From the NCBI RefSeq assembly GCF_001194135.2, contig NC_068991.1:60966022-61030021 (forward strand): a DNA stretch of 64,000 bases. Reading direction: 5' to 3'. Positions within the stretch are counted from its first letter, which is position 1, and each line of letters begins with the position of its first letter. The notes under the pieces were generated by a model. It had not been told where the DNA came from. It did no database searches and was given only the letters and a program-made list of their open reading frames with translations. The stretch is from Octopus bimaculoides. Lineage: Eukaryota. This document shows positions 38,241-52,539 of this stretch, one piece after another. Made by a program: the position numbers and the translations under genes.

Positions 38241-38369
38241 CCAGTAAACAAATCAATGCAAAATTTGTCCAAAAAAACTAGTTACTTTTCTTCATAATTA
38301 TCTGCCTGTCTTTCCATCAGTCTATCTGTATATCCATCCATCCATCCACCCACTTGTTCTTGATTTTGT

Positions 38370-39157
38370 TGACCATACAGTATAGTAGGGTCAGTTGGGC
38401 ACCATCTGTGAGAAAAACAGCACCATGACACAATTCACTCTGCCAGAAATTTGGAGACGACATGCTGCACTGCTTGGCATTTGCACCAGAAGCTCCAATA
38501 TGAACATTTCAGAGTGTTTGGGTGTCAGTCTGAGGACATGTATCAAGAGTGATAAAAATCAAACATCCAGTCAACATCATGGTGTTTGGAGTGATCACTA
38601 GTGATGGCAACATTATGCTTCCATTCTTCTTCCCACATGGTCTCAGACTCAACACAGAGGCCTACATCAAGTGCCTGGAGGAGGTAGTGCTACCTTGAGT
38701 CAAGAGGGTAGACCCTATGTCTGGCAACAAGACTCTGCAACATGCCACACAAGCAGGAGAACCCAGTCATGGCTGTCAGACAATTTCTGTGACCACATCA
38801 CCCCTAACATCTGGCCATCTAAGTCCCCAGACTGTAACTCCTTTGATTATTATGTGTGGGGTGCAGTTGAGCGAGAGACCAACAAAACTTCTTGTAACAC
38901 CAAAGATGAACTGAAGGCAAGGATTATGGTAGCATTCACCAATCTAAACAAGGAGACCGTCCAGAGGAGTTGCAGGAGATTTCCAAAGTTGTCTGGAGGC
39001 TGTAGTTGAAGCCAATGGCGATTTTATTGAATAGATTTACTCTTTAGTATTTCAAGATATTTTTATGTAATTTTGGTAAATATATCATTTAAAATGAGAT
39101 GTCTGTTATTTTCATTTTTGCATAATTTAGACAACACTTTATTCACTGCACCCTGTA
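38370..39157 (+). mobile_element. maT (DD37D) Tc1/mariner-superfamily transposon relic; transposase pseudogene 38425-39034
   Basis: MTQFTLPEIWRR..ISECLGVSLRT / KHPVNIMVFGVITSDG..NTEAYIKCLEEVVLP* / YVWQQDSATCH...WPSKSPDCNSFDYYVWG; 37 residues between the two Asp; right TIR ...gcaccctg|ta; internal deletion, stop and frameshifts. Confidence 0.88.
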
Positions 39158-40779
39158 TACAATATATATATATGTATATACACACACACACACAGATACA
39201 ATCTGTAAATGGAAGACTAAAAATATGCAAGAATTTTCTCAAGTTCAAAACGTGACATTGTTTTTGTCATCTGCATTCCAATGGTGGAACTTTGTATCTT
39301 TGCAAAAACTACTCCTTCCTCTTCAAATAATTAAAAATAGAAGAGTATGTAAGGAAGCTGACACACATCTTCCAAATGCAATCTTTTTGATTCTCCCTTT
39401 GAAATTCTTTAAAAAGTAATGATGCACATGCACACACACACATACACACACAAACACACACCTAAATGCTGAAGATACAAGTACACAGAACAAAAGTGCA
39501 AGTTCATAGACCTACATATACGCACACACTAATGCAACCACATATTTACAAACCCCCAGGAACTGTCTGAACTCAAAAATTTTGTCACTTTGTCAGTGAC
39601 TCATGAAGAAGAACTTAAAATAAATCTCAAAGAAAACATACAGTGGCATCACTTAGTTTAAAAACAAAAGTGTGGTGCTGATAATTAAGCATTAACTATT
39701 TCTATTTATTTAACCACTTATGATTAAAATTATGCATGAATGAAAAAATTATTGTTTTTAGTCCTTCTAAATGCTCTAAGTTGAAACATAAACATCTTAA
39801 TTAGCATAATGCAATTATAAACAGTATTAATAACGTTACAAAATGAATGTCCATTTAATTCTTTGCTTATCCTATGTGTAACATGTGATACACAGGAGAT
39901 ATTTCTCTGGCATTTATGCGTCATATATGATACACATTCCCAAACTTTTTCAACCACCAGAGCGTCTTGAGTCTTATGAAAAGAAAGCTTTATATTTTAA
40001 ACTCAAAACATACAAAACCAGGGCTAACTAAAAGTCTGGATACAAGTATGGTCAACTTAGAACAAATTTACAAAAATGCATTGGACAGGCAAAAGTTTTT
40101 AAGAATGTTTTAGAAAAAAATATTTTAGCTTTAATATTCTATATCATATTATATATGATATTCTATATCATATTATATATGATATTCTATATTATTTTCT
40201 AAGTAAGACTATTTCTAACTATCTGATGATATCATCTTAAAATTTGTTGTGATGGGTAAACAAAAAGAAGTTTATCAACAGGAATATAAGTGAACATTGA
40301 CTGACTGTATAATCTAAAATAGACTTTTTCAGTCATGGCTGATGAAGTCAGATGTTCAATAATAGTTGCTGATCATGCTTAGGATATCTTCAATGAAACT
40401 GGTGGTTATTTTGACCATCCAGAGTAGCCACTGTTGAAAGGGTAGACTGGGACATTCATTGTTAGCAATTAAGAACAGAAAAAAAATGACCATTGTTGAA
40501 GAACAGAAGAAAGATGACAACTGTTGGTATTTAACGTCTTTCAACAGAAATACCATATGTAGATTGGTGTCATTAGCATTAAAAAAATCAACTAGAGCAG
40601 TTTATGCTTTTGGGACATGTTGCACATAAAAGAAAAATAGAGGCCATACAACAGGTCTAAATTCAATTTGTATAAGAGGCATAAGAATTAATCATCAGAC
40701 AAGTAAAATATCTTGAGGTCAGAGAGTTAAAATTTAACTTGGTTGGCCCTGATGATGATTGAGTGGATGTTAAATATCA

Positions 40780-41150
40780 AAGAGAAGAAACACTTTACTT
40801 AGGGTACACAAATTTAACAGTTTTGTATGAGGGGCAATGACATGGTCTGAGGTTGAATGTTTCAAAAAGGGATCAGCCACATTATATAAGATTGAGGGCA
40901 GCATAAACAATACAAGCTATCTGGAAATCTTGGAGAAGAGCATAGATTTTTCAGCCTAGTATAGGAAATTATGAAGGAAGTCAACAAAAGCATTTGCTTT
41001 TGTTGCACTGGTTATCTCAATCTCCAGATTTAACCTCAAGAAAACACTAATGGAAATGGATCAAGTGAACTGTCTGATTATATATAAAAAAAAAGGTGGA
41101 GGGTTGAATTAATTCCAGAAAATGTCATCAAACCTCCAGGTTCAATGCTT
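40780..41150 (+). pseudogene. Highly decayed Tc1-like transposase fragment
   Basis: KGSATLYKIEGSINNTSYLEILEKS and LHWLSQSPDL resemble the Tc1 motifs G.G.L..I.G.MN...Y..IL and WPSQSPDLNPIE. Confidence 0.6.
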
Positions 41151-41989
41151 TGCAGCAAATAGGATTCTTTTTCAAGAAAACTTGAAAACCCAACCATGGA
41201 TAAGGGCTATGTTTGTCTTTACCTGTCATACATAACATACATTTTGTTAAAGTAAAATCAGATATGATTTAAATTAATTGATATCCATGTGTTGGACACA
41301 TGCCCCAATATTAGAAAATTTTCTATAGTCAATATACTCAGTGGAAACTTATAATTATATTTAACAAATATCACTTTTCTTTCAGTTGATTTTGAAAATA
41401 ATGAAAAATTTCCTAAAGTTATTTTGTTATTATTAAACTGGTGTTTGTAACATTGCTTTATTTTATTTTACTGGTTTTGGTCATTGGATTGTGGCCATGC
41501 AGGGGCAACATCTTGACCTCAGTACTGATTTTTCTTTTTAAGTCTGGTACTTATTCTATCACTCTCTTTTGATGAACTGCCAGGTTATGATGATGTGAAC
41601 ATGAAACTTTGATAGATGTTTTAAATCTAGATCAATTCAAAATGCTAAGTTTGTTTTTCAGAACAAAGAGCGGTCTTGGGTAGATTGGTATCAAAAGTAT
41701 CAAACTCACATCAATTAAAAAGTAAAAAATTCTCTTTCTGTTCATATACAGTCTGAATTATGATGACATAATGGAGGTAATGTTTAATCACCAGAATATT
41801 CCTGTCTTCAAAGTAAGTGGTGACACTGTACATTTTCATATAATCTTTTTTTTTTTTTTCTCACTGCTCTCATGGACTCTCATGACTCTGTTGCCATCCA
41901 ATTCCATTATCATGAATTTGAATTGGTAGTTTGAGTTAGAATGAATCTTTCATTAGCTTATTACACAGCCATGGATGACACCCCTATGG

Positions 41990-42263
41990 ATGCATTGCAG
42001 TTATTCACTTGACAGAGTTTGGTGATCCTGATCATTGATCTTCTAGGATTCCTCCGCTCAGCTTCGATGTAAAAAGCACCATTGGTTCAGTTGAACTCTT
42101 CTGCTACCTCTTCCCAATCCACCATACTACAGGCTCATAACTTCACTGTATCCCTGGAAGGGTGGCTGAAAGGGTGCCATGCTTTGCCAAAGAGCAGCCA
42201 ATAACTATGCAAGACATTCCGTGAGGTATTTTCAAAACGTCCGCATACTCAATTCCATTCCAT
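41990..42263 (-). pseudogene. Possible decayed Tc1/mariner transposase N-terminus (HTH region)
   Basis: MEWN...HPSRDTVKL*A...RRNPRRS resembles the PSR.TI..WV...SP.RS pattern; heavily disrupted. Confidence 0.35.
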
Positions 42264-43164
42264 TTTGTTATTATTTCATGTTATGGCTTTCAAATACTTT
42301 TGAAAATGAATGATTACTAAGGGGCAGGCTACCAGAATCATAAGTTCTTCATTGAAACAGCTACTACATTAATAATGCTATTTATGATAGCCTTTGTGTA
42401 AGGTGATTTAAATGGACCAGTTATATTGACTTCTCTCAGAAATAATGCTAATATGCTTGTAAATAATGTATTATTCCAATATATAGTATGTTATGAATTT
42501 CTTGGAATTATAACTGCTTTAGTTGGTGTCAATATCCTACAGAATTAACAGCACAAACAGTTAACCTCTACAAAGTTACTTAAATGCGAGAAATTGCAGT
42601 CAGATCTTCCACAAATATTACTCTACCATCTTTAAATAATGGTAAAACATGCAGGATAAAAGTAACCTTTAATATAATATGGCAGAGTCATTAGTATGCT
42701 GGGTAAAATACTTAACTTGTCTGTCTTTTCACACACAAATATTTATTTTTCTAAGTAAATGTAAACATTGTCAAAAAATGATAGAAAGTACAACTGCTAA
42801 TAAAACCTGTACAAAAGCATCTTATAAAGTCTACAAAATATTAGTACAAACACTAACTAATTAACTATTAGTACAAAAATAATATGATACCTAAGTACTC
42901 CAGCACTTCCAAATTCCAAGAATCTGGGGATGGTGGAAAAAATTACTAACAAATCTAAAACCTGAAAAAATACAAGTGAAGTAACATCCTTCTATTTACT
43001 TTCTCCCTACCAAACACAATTACAAGGCATTGGTCAGCCCAGAGCTATGGTAGAGACATTTGCTAAACATGCCATGTGATGGGATTGAACTTGAAACTAT
43101 GTGGTCGAAAAGCAAGCCTTTTAACAATGCCTGCACTGTAAACTTTAACAATGATGTTCTTTTA

Positions 43165-43366
43165 TTCCTTTGTTTGTTTCAGTCATTTGACTGTAGCCAT
43201 GCTGGAGCACCACCTTTAGTCAAACAAATCGACTCCAGGACTTATTCTTTGTAAGCCTAACCTAGTACTTATTCTATCGGACACTTTTGTTGAACCGCTA
43301 AGTTACGGGGATGTAAACACACCAGCATTGATTGTTAAGCAATGGTGGGGAGACAAACACAGACAC

Positions 43367-43406
<40 letters not shown>

Positions 43407-43567
43407 TAAGCTTCTTTCAGTTTCCACCTACCAAATCCACTCACAAGGCTTTGTTCAGCCCGAGGCTATAGTAGAAGACACTTGCCCAAAATGCCATACA
43501 GTGGGACTGAACCTGGAACTATGTGGTTGGTAAGCAAGCTGCTTACCACACAGCTACTCCTGTGCCC
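43165..43567 (-). mobile_element. SINE family A, preceded by a 5'-half copy at 43000-43135
   Basis: Colinear with family A. Confidence 0.88.
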
Positions 43568-46500
43568 GTTGTACTTAGAATTCTAATTGATTTGTCCTGA
43601 ATAAAAGGAAGAAAAATTCTTACAATGAATTTAAGCTGAATATCACATGACCAACCTGTTAAGGTGTTAGTTAAGATAGAGCAAGGGAAATCCTGGCACT
43701 TGATCCATTTAATTGAAGAAAGGGTGCTTATAACATGTGTTTATCCACTTTCAAGCTGCCTCCCACAAAAATGGAAGATTCATATTACAATCTGGTTTGT
43801 TACATGTATTCATTCATATATCTGAGGCATTTAATGCAGGTCTTTCATTCATGCAGGAAATACTACTGAAGTAGGGCATATAATAATTGTTACACAGTTA
43901 AGGTATTACTGAGGTAGAGGTCTAGTGACAGGTAGGTTTAGGTATGGTTGATGGTGCCTGTCCAGGTGCTTGTTTAGGTAGAAGTATGGTGAATGAGAGA
44001 TGAAAAGGTATAGTGATGGCAGTTAAGAAGCTAAACTACTGAGTTAAAAGTCACAGGTTCTAAATCTAAGCATGTTATACACTTCAGGTAATACACATCT
44101 CTTAAATTTGCATACTTCATTCAGAAACTTCCTTGATGGATGTTGGCAGGTGAAAAAAAAAACTCTGTTTAAAAACAAACAGACGAACACATAAGCCAAC
44201 AATTCAGGTATTAAAACACCACCCCAACCACTGTCAATATAAAGAGATTAATGAAAACTGTGTTTACAAAAATATATAACAAACAAACTTGACAAATGTA
44301 AGACACAGTATAGCATTTCTTTAATTTTGGCAAACACATTACAAAAGCAATTTTCTGAAGAAAAAAAAAATAATTTTGCTATTTGGAAGGAAATGGAGAG
44401 TAAAAATCTGAAAGCTGAAAACGTGTTTTGTTGAAGAGTAAATTATAGTTTAGGATCTAGTTACTTTTTCTATAATGAATCACAGAATACATTGTGAAAG
44501 AATAGGAATGCAGTGTAGATTTCCCACCAGGTTGTCATGTTAGATGGTTGGGAAGCTGAAAAGTAATAACAGACTTGCAAATAATTTCCAGAATAACATC
44601 ACAGTTCAAATGACGCTAATGTTTCATCTTTGGAACAAACAACCTCTACTGAAGAATACATACTGTTACTATAGAAACATGGAAAACCAGAGAACAATGA
44701 GGAATTTTTTTACAGAAGCATCAAGTTTTAGGCTTGTAGAGGAGAGGTAATTACATGGTTTCTCAAAAAGGATAGATGTTATAAGTGAAGTGGTTCCAAA
44801 CAGGGAATTGAAATCAGACTGCAAATTTTATCACTGATGACTCACTCACTAATGATATAATTATAATATTTGAGGTGGTGGCACAAGGCTAGTTGTTATA
44901 AAAATCTGGTTCTTTCCAAGAAATTGATGTTCTAAACTAGGTACCATAAAGGGTCAACTTTTCAACAACCTTAATAAAAATAGAAATAAAAATAACACCA
45001 TGTAAGATGAAATTTATAATAACATTCATGTCCTAGGTTATGCAAAAAATATAATTAAATAGTTGAGAGTATCACTACCCGCTTGCTAGTTCCAGTCAGA
45101 AAAGAATGAGAGGTTACTCAAAAAATTTAGAATATTGGAATATAAATGATGCTGAGGATGAAGCTCAACATCATAACTTTTGATAAAATTTACTTCAGAG
45201 GCTGATGATTAAATCCTAAGAAAATTTAACTATCATTTGGAAGTCAAGATAAGTTTCCTCTGTTTATACCAAACACATGTATTGTACATTTACTGCATGT
45301 TGTTTTGCAATGTTTGTCACTAGGCCATGGTACAGAGATTAAGAAGAAAGGCAGGGATGGGAGAAAGAGAGAGAAGATGTAATATGGCAACTTCATCCCT
45401 TTAAACAAAAAAAACTAGCACAGGGACTGAAAATATCTTGAGTGGATTTCAATCTCTGCTAGTCTTTGTCAAGCAAGACATAACATCATAACATATCTGA
45501 CTCTGAGTTCATTACTATAACACTATAAAAGTCATATTCCCCACATCACTCCAGCAAAAAAAAAAAGAAGTCACAAATTGTTCTAGTTTAAGTGACGTTC
45601 ATAAAACATATGAAGGTTTTAAATTTAACCTTTCCCCTGTTTTTATGAAGTTATGAGCAGAGAAAAACAAAAAAGCAAAAACATTTCTGATGGAGAACAT
45701 TTCATGTTGAGAAGTAACTTTCAGAGTTTTATTTTTAAATAAGATGGATTGGATTACATAAATCTATTTTATTTTTTCTGTTATAATAACAAACAAACAG
45801 ATGCAAACTTTCTTGAGAATTTTATGTGAATGTTAAGCTTAGTAAAGTGACACAAGATGTTTTTTATCTTTCATATTAACTTAAATAAATTCAACTACTT
45901 CTGAGGCTTACTGGTAACTTTATCATTGCAGAGATTCCTGGATGATGAAGGCGTGTGCGCTCACTCCTTGCCAGGCAAATTTTCCCACATCTCATCATCA
46001 TCTCTTTGATAGAGCTGCACTACTGGGTCAAGCAAAAGCCAAGACTGAGCACCTGGCATGTGGGTACCAGTCATCTATCAGTTGAGTCACACAGCTGGTG
46101 GAACCTGTACATTATCATCTTATAGAGGACTAGTGGTGGGGTAGAGTGATGATGTTCTCAAAGAAACTTAGGGTATTTTTGAGAATAAACTGTTTTAGAG
46201 CACATTCAACCTGGGAATTATAACTTTTCAAAAAATTCCTGTCTAGCAGATTTACTAGGCATTGCTGGTTCAAGTTGAACATGTGGCAGTCCAAAATATT
46301 TTCATAGGTTTGTACTAAACATCCATGCCCATCCATACTTATTTTCAGACATTTTGTTAGCCCTTGTTCCAGATGTTTTGAGCAATATAAAGTTTCCATT
46401 TCATAAGTCCCACGTTACTATGATGGTTTGAAAAAAAAAATAAAGGATATTTATATAATGATATATGATGCATGGAGGCCAAGGAAATATGTTTTGTGAA

Positions 46501-48519
46501 TCACATGTAATACACAAGACAGGCAAAAGATTAAGATGATAGGGTGTGATTTGAAGGAATGTGGTTGCTATTTCTAGCCCTTGTTTCATATGTTCTGAGT
46601 GATACAAAGACTCTGTTTCATAAGTCCCAAGTTAGTCTTTTGGTTAAAAAAACAAAAATTGAAAAAAGAAGGGAATGTGTTTCATATATAATGTATGGAT
46701 GCCAAATAAATACGTCCTGTGTATCACATACAAAGGACAGGCAATGGCTTAAACTGTATGGGTAGAGAAATACTATTAACTGGGCCAGTCTGAGATGCAT
46801 GTAGAACAACAAATTGCACTTGTGAGGTTTTGTGAAACAGCTACTTACTGTAGTATGCAAAATGGACCTGTCAGTTAGCCAAGTTTACTGTAGAAACTGC
46901 TCCACCACTCCTGAACAAGGTAACTAACCTAACTGATCTCAACCTTGACTGACAAATTCAAACCTTATTTTATTTGAGCGCTTAGTCATAAGGAGGGTTT
47001 CTAACTATATAAGCAATTACTACAACAGTTTCTAAATGGAAAAAAATGCCCTTGATGAAGGATAAATCATTGACATTATGAATGATTGCTTTCACTAGTT
47101 TTACGAATCTAGCTTTTGATATTAAAGATATTCTTGCAAACAGTTAAGATTTCCTGCCAAAAGCGTGTTTTACTTGGATAGCTTCTTCAATTTCTCTCTG
47201 ACTACACTTCCAAATTATACAACACATATACAGCTATTTCCTCATTACCAGAATGAATTTACTTTCTCGTGTGTAATGTAATAAATCAAAAAGAAACTGG
47301 ATATTTAATTGCTTCAGAGATATAACGTCTGCCATTACAGTGATAATGTTGAAGTTTCAAACTGCACAAACTACTTAATCTAAAGATGAAGTTAGGGATG
47401 GGGGTGGTTCTTTGTGTAAATGTCTACAACTAATGTTTGGATGTGAATATTCCGTTGAACTTTTAGTCAATTCATACAAAGATCAACTTTATGAAAATAA
47501 ACAATAGCTCGTGTATGTGTGTGCGTGTGTGTACATGTCTGTGTGTATTTGTGTATATGTGCACACGTCTGTGTGTGTCTAAGTTTGTCTGTGACTGTGT
47601 GTGTTTCTGTGTCTCTGTATTGAAAACTTTTAAAAATTGAATTTCAATTTGAGTTTGAATTAAAATTCAATAAAAAGTTATAATTTAAACAAATCAATAT
47701 AATATTCTTTCTCAATCTCTCTCGCTCTCTTATTCTCTTTCAAGCAGTGAAATATGATTCAAATTCAAAACATTTTTTTCCCCGACTTATTTTATCAATT
47801 TTACACTAAAGATTAAAATACTTTGTCTGGTCCATTTAAGAGTGTTATGTCGGAGATTTGAATTCCAACGAAGTCTAAGAATATTTGACATGGAGTGTGA
47901 CGAGATGCTGTGTTGGGTGTATGGCATTCAGTGAGCAATAATATGTAATGTAATGTATAAGAATGAACAACACATGCCATACATGGAGTGAGTGACATGT
48001 GGTAAGCAAATGACACAGGAAATAACATGTGGGCTGTACCATTTGTAGGCATGGGTACAATGGGTAGTTGCCTGGGTGACCTACAGGTCTAGAGGTCCCA
48101 TCGTAATCTATGTATGCTATGGCTTCCAATCAATAAATAAATATGATAAATGGCGATAGGAAGGACATCCAGCTGAAGAAACCATGCCACAACAGACAGC
48201 TGGAGTTTGGACAGCTCCCTGTTAGTCAGCTCCATGTCAAACCGTTCAATCCATGCTAGCATGGAGTGCAGATGTTTAACAATGATGATATAGGACTCAA
48301 TGCATTGCTTTACCTGGATCCCTATAATGCTGTTGAGACAGCCTTGTACATGGGTGACATATAGTAGAGAAAATACAATACTGTAGTCTGATGGTCCTCA
48401 ACCCCTGTTTTTCTTTTTGCCTAAGGATCCCTTTGATTCCTATTTCATTCTACTGGATCTCCAAAGCTATTTGATGTATATAAAAAATATCCTACTGTAT
48501 TCTTATAATTAAATATTAT

Positions 48520-48906
48520 TTACTCTTTCACTCTTTTACTTGTTTCAGTCATTTGACTGCGGCCATGCTGGAGCACTGCCCTTTAGTCGAGCAAATCTAT
48601 GCCAGGACTTATTCTTTGTAAGCCTAGTACTTATTCTATCTGTCTCTTTTGCTGAACCGTTAAGTTACGGGGATGTAAACACATCACCATCGGTTGACAA
48701 ACACAGACACACAAACATATACACACACATACATATATATATCATCATCATCATCATCGTCATCGCTTAACGTCCGCTTTCCATGCTAGCATGGGTTGGA
48801 CGATTTGACTGAGGACTGGTGAAACCGGATGGCAACACCAGGCTCCAATCTAATTTGGCAGAGTTTCTACAGCTGGATGCCCTTCCTAACGCCAACCACT
48901 CAGAGA

Positions 48907-48956
<50 letters not shown>

Positions 48957-49080
48957 GATAGGCTTCTTTCAGTTTCTGTCTACCAAATCCACTCACAAGG
49001 CTTTGGTTAGCTTGAGGCTATAGTAGAAGACACTTGCTCAAGATACCACGCAATGAGACTGAACTTGGAGCCATGTGGTA
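48520..49080 (-). mobile_element. SINE family A with an RTE 3' UTR tail (48740-48908) nested in its central microsatellite
   Basis: Family A tail and head flank catcatcgcttaacgtccgctttccatgctagc...aaccactcagagagtg. Confidence 0.85.
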
Positions 49081-49199
49081 TAAGCAATTTATTGGACAAA
49101 TTTTAACAACAAAATCTTATGTGGACCCCACAAGGGTTATGGGGACCCTAGTTGAGAACCATTGCTGTAGTGTATGACAGGTAATAATGTGCAGTGTGG

Positions 49200-49345
49200 A
49201 GCATATAGCTTAGTGGTTAGAGTGGGTGTTCAGCTTATAAATATAATGTCGTAGGTTCAATTCCTGGGTTGGGCAGTGCATTTTTGTCCTTGAGCAAGAT
49301 ATTTTATTTCATCCTGTTCCAGTCTGCTTTGCTAAAAATGAGAAC
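49200..49345 (+). mobile_element. SINE family B/B' head
   Basis: tagcttagtggttagag (A-box), ggttcaattcc (B-box), gtccttgagcaag. Confidence 0.7.
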
Positions 49346-49539
49346 TGATCAAGTGCTGATGCAACTCTGCTCCTCTTCAACTGTCACATCCTGGATGTGC
49401 CACTGGGTTGTAGGTCGAAAGGGTTGAGAGTGCGTCGACGTCTACTAGTGACTGCACAGGCACCTGAAACATGTACCATGTGAAAGCATGGTACACGTTA
49501 CCAAGCTGTATTCACTCCTAGGTAACAGCTGGCATCTGA

Positions 49540-49960
49540 TAACATGCAGTGAGTGACATGAAATGACATATAATGATAGGAATGTAATAACATGTGGTGG
49601 ACAGCGTGTAGTAACATGTAGTGGACGGCATGTTATAACATGTAGATGATATGTAATAACAAGCAATGATGGATGACAGAGTAATATGTAGCGGATGGCA
49701 TGTAACATGTAGTGGTTATCATGTAATGGTTATCCCGTAGTAACATGTGGTAAGTGGCATATAACATATAGGTGTAGTAGTAACATGTGGTAAGTGGCAT
49801 ATAACATATAGGTGTAGTAATAACATGTAATAACTCATGGTGGATAGTTGTAATAGTTGTCATGCAATAATATGTTGTATGGAGTATATAACATGTAGTT
49901 GCTGTCATATAGTAGGTGACATATAATAACATGTAGTAGGTGACACGTAAATAACATAGA
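49540..49960. repeat. Degenerate minisatellite built on taacatgt/gtgacat
   Basis: 40-bp unit duplicated at 49741-49820; related tract at 47900-48030. Confidence 0.75.
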
Positions 49961-49974
49961 GTGGCTAATATTCA

Positions 49975-50100
49975 CTACTACTACTACTACTACTACTATT
50001 ACTACTACTACTACTACTACTAATAATAATAATAATAATAACAACAACAACAACAACAACAACAACAATAATAATAATGATAACAACAATAAGAATAATA
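49975..50100. repeat. (ACT)n(AAT)n(AAC)n compound microsatellite
   Basis: Direct reading. Confidence 0.95.
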
Positions 50101-50339
50101 GGGAATGAGTAACATGAGATAACATGTAGCAGTGACAAGTAATGTGTTATATTTATGTATAAAATAGACATTACATCACATGACATAAAGCCTATGAAGA
50201 GACAAGATGGGAAAAGCAAACAAAAAAACTTAATGTTTATTCGTTTAATGTTTCAGTTTTTAAGATTGAAATTCGTAGGCTTCTTCCCACTTCAAGTATG
50301 TCTTCTAGAGACTACAGGCTCTCTCTTTCTCCCCTGTCA

Positions 50340-50372
<33 letters not shown>

Positions 50373-50427
50373 NNNNNNNNNNNNNNNNNNNNNNNNNNNN
50401 NNNNNNNNNNNNNNNNNNNNNNNNNNN

Positions 50428-50477
<50 letters not shown>

Positions 50478-50750
50478 TATACATGCATTAACGTACATGC
50501 ATGTATGCATGCAGACATAATTTCATACATATATACATTATAAATACACATGCACACATACAGACATAAACACATGCATAAATACACACATACACACACA
50601 CATATATATATATACATATATACATATACATATATACATATATATACATATATATATATATACATACATATATATATATACATATATATATATACATATA
50701 TATACATATATATATATACATATATATACATATATACATATATACATATA

Positions 50751-50798
<48 letters not shown>

Positions 50799-50837
50799 CA
50801 TACATACATATATATACATACATATACATACATACAT

Positions 50838-50925
<88 letters not shown>

Positions 50926-51050
50926 GCATAGATAACTACACACATACAATAACATACAAACCCATATATATTTGCACGCATGCAAGCATTCATACTCACA
51001 CTCATACATTTATACTTTGTGCTATATAATATTACACACACACACACATA
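50340..51050. repeat. Compound CA/TA microsatellite with gap
   Basis: Direct reading. Confidence 0.95.
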
Positions 51051-51454
51051 TACACTCTGTAAAATAGGTAAGGAAAGCAGACAGGCTTATCTCTTCTGCT
51101 AAAACATATCTATCTTACTAAACATCAGAATGATAGGTTTTCAGGCAGTCAAGATCTGTGTGTGTGTGTATTGAAGGTAGACGGGATACAGAGATATGAG
51201 GTGGAAAATTGATAGGAAAAAGAAGTAAACAGGATGATCGTAGGAGAGAGAATATGAGACAGACAGATAGAATGATTGAACAAGGGACTGAGTAGACATT
51301 TCAGCTGATAGAAATGGAGTGCCAACAAAAAAAAACAATTTTTAAAATCAAAAACAAAAAATACCCGTTGCTCTACCTTGGAGTAGGATATTGGGTAGAG
51401 AGAGATATTAAGAACTGACTGATGATGTCATATACATATATATAAAATGGTTTC

Positions 51455-51660
51455 AAATTTAAGCACACGGCCAGTAAAATGGGGTGGGGTGAGGTAAGTC
51501 AAAAATATAGACTCCAGGAATCAACTGGTACTTATTCTGTTGACTCAGAAAGAACGAAAGGCAAAGCCAAGCTCAATGAATTAAAACTCAGAACATAAAG
51601 ATGGATGAAATGCTGCTAAGTATTTTGTCCTGCATGTTAACGATACTTTCAGCTCACCAT
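51455..51660 (-). mobile_element. SINE family C, degenerate
   Basis: caactggtacttattctgttgac...aaaactcagaacataaag...ttcagctcacc. Confidence 0.7.
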
Positions 51661-51667
51661 ATATATA

Positions 51668-52184
51668 CAGTAATCCCACAACTATTGCGGGTGTTATGTT
51701 TCAACCCCCAACCCTGCGATAGGTGAAAATCCGCGAGGTAGAAACAGTACTGTACTGTATATTTTCAGAGGGTGCAGAACATTTGGGTGACACCGTAGGG
51801 CTGGAAATAAATTCACAATTTTACACCCAAATGCAAAACAACACTACACACTCGCCTCCCGAGTTTTGTTTTCCATTCAGTATATACGATTCTTTGTTTA
51901 CTCATCTACAGTACAATAACTATTTCCTTTTAATATATTTTAATTAATGTGTTATACATTGCAGTACTGTACTGCATTTTTATTTATTAATTTATTAATT
52001 TTCAGGCATGAAAATGCATATCTCACCATAGGAATGATTAAAATCTAAAAAAATATAAATACCAATTGGCTACAGAAACCCATGATATACTGAGGAGTCT
52101 GTGATATAAATTTACATTAGCCACAAAAATCTGCAATGTACCGAGGGCGTGATAGGTGAACCATGATATGGTGAGTGATTACTG
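51668..52184. mobile_element. Tigger/pogo-type MITE
   Basis: ta|cagtaatcccacaactattgcgg at left and ccatgatatggtgagtgattactg at right (imperfect TIRs); internal repeat gcgataggtgaa. Confidence 0.7.
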
Positions 52185-52269
52185 CAATATATATATATGT
52201 GTGTGTGAGTGTTGTGGTGCTCCATTATGGCAACAGCCTTAGGGCTGAAACATGTAAAAGAATATATAT

Positions 52270-52510
52270 GTATATATCATTATCCTCATCATCATTTAAG
52301 GTCCTCTTCTTCATGTTGCTAGGATTGGATGGTTCAACAGGAACTGATGAGGCAAAAGGCAGCACTGAGCTCCAATGTCTGCTTTGGCATGTTTCTAGAG
52401 CTGAATGCCTTCCTAATGCCAACAGTTTATAAAGCATCCTATCCTGGTTGCTTTTTTTTAACTGACATCAGTGCCAGTGAGGTTGTCAAGTAGTCACAGG
52501 ACAAGACATC
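52270..52510 (-). mobile_element. Degenerate RTE 3' UTR tail
   Basis: catcatcatttaaggtcc...gatgccttcctaatgccaac-like motif. Confidence 0.6.
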
Positions 52511-52539
52511 ACAACTGAGTTGAGCTCCACTATTATATA

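Noticed and set aside
40134-40192. 24-bp tandem repeat with an internal palindrome (atatcatattatatatgatat)
   Set aside because: AT-only slippage product with no evidence of function
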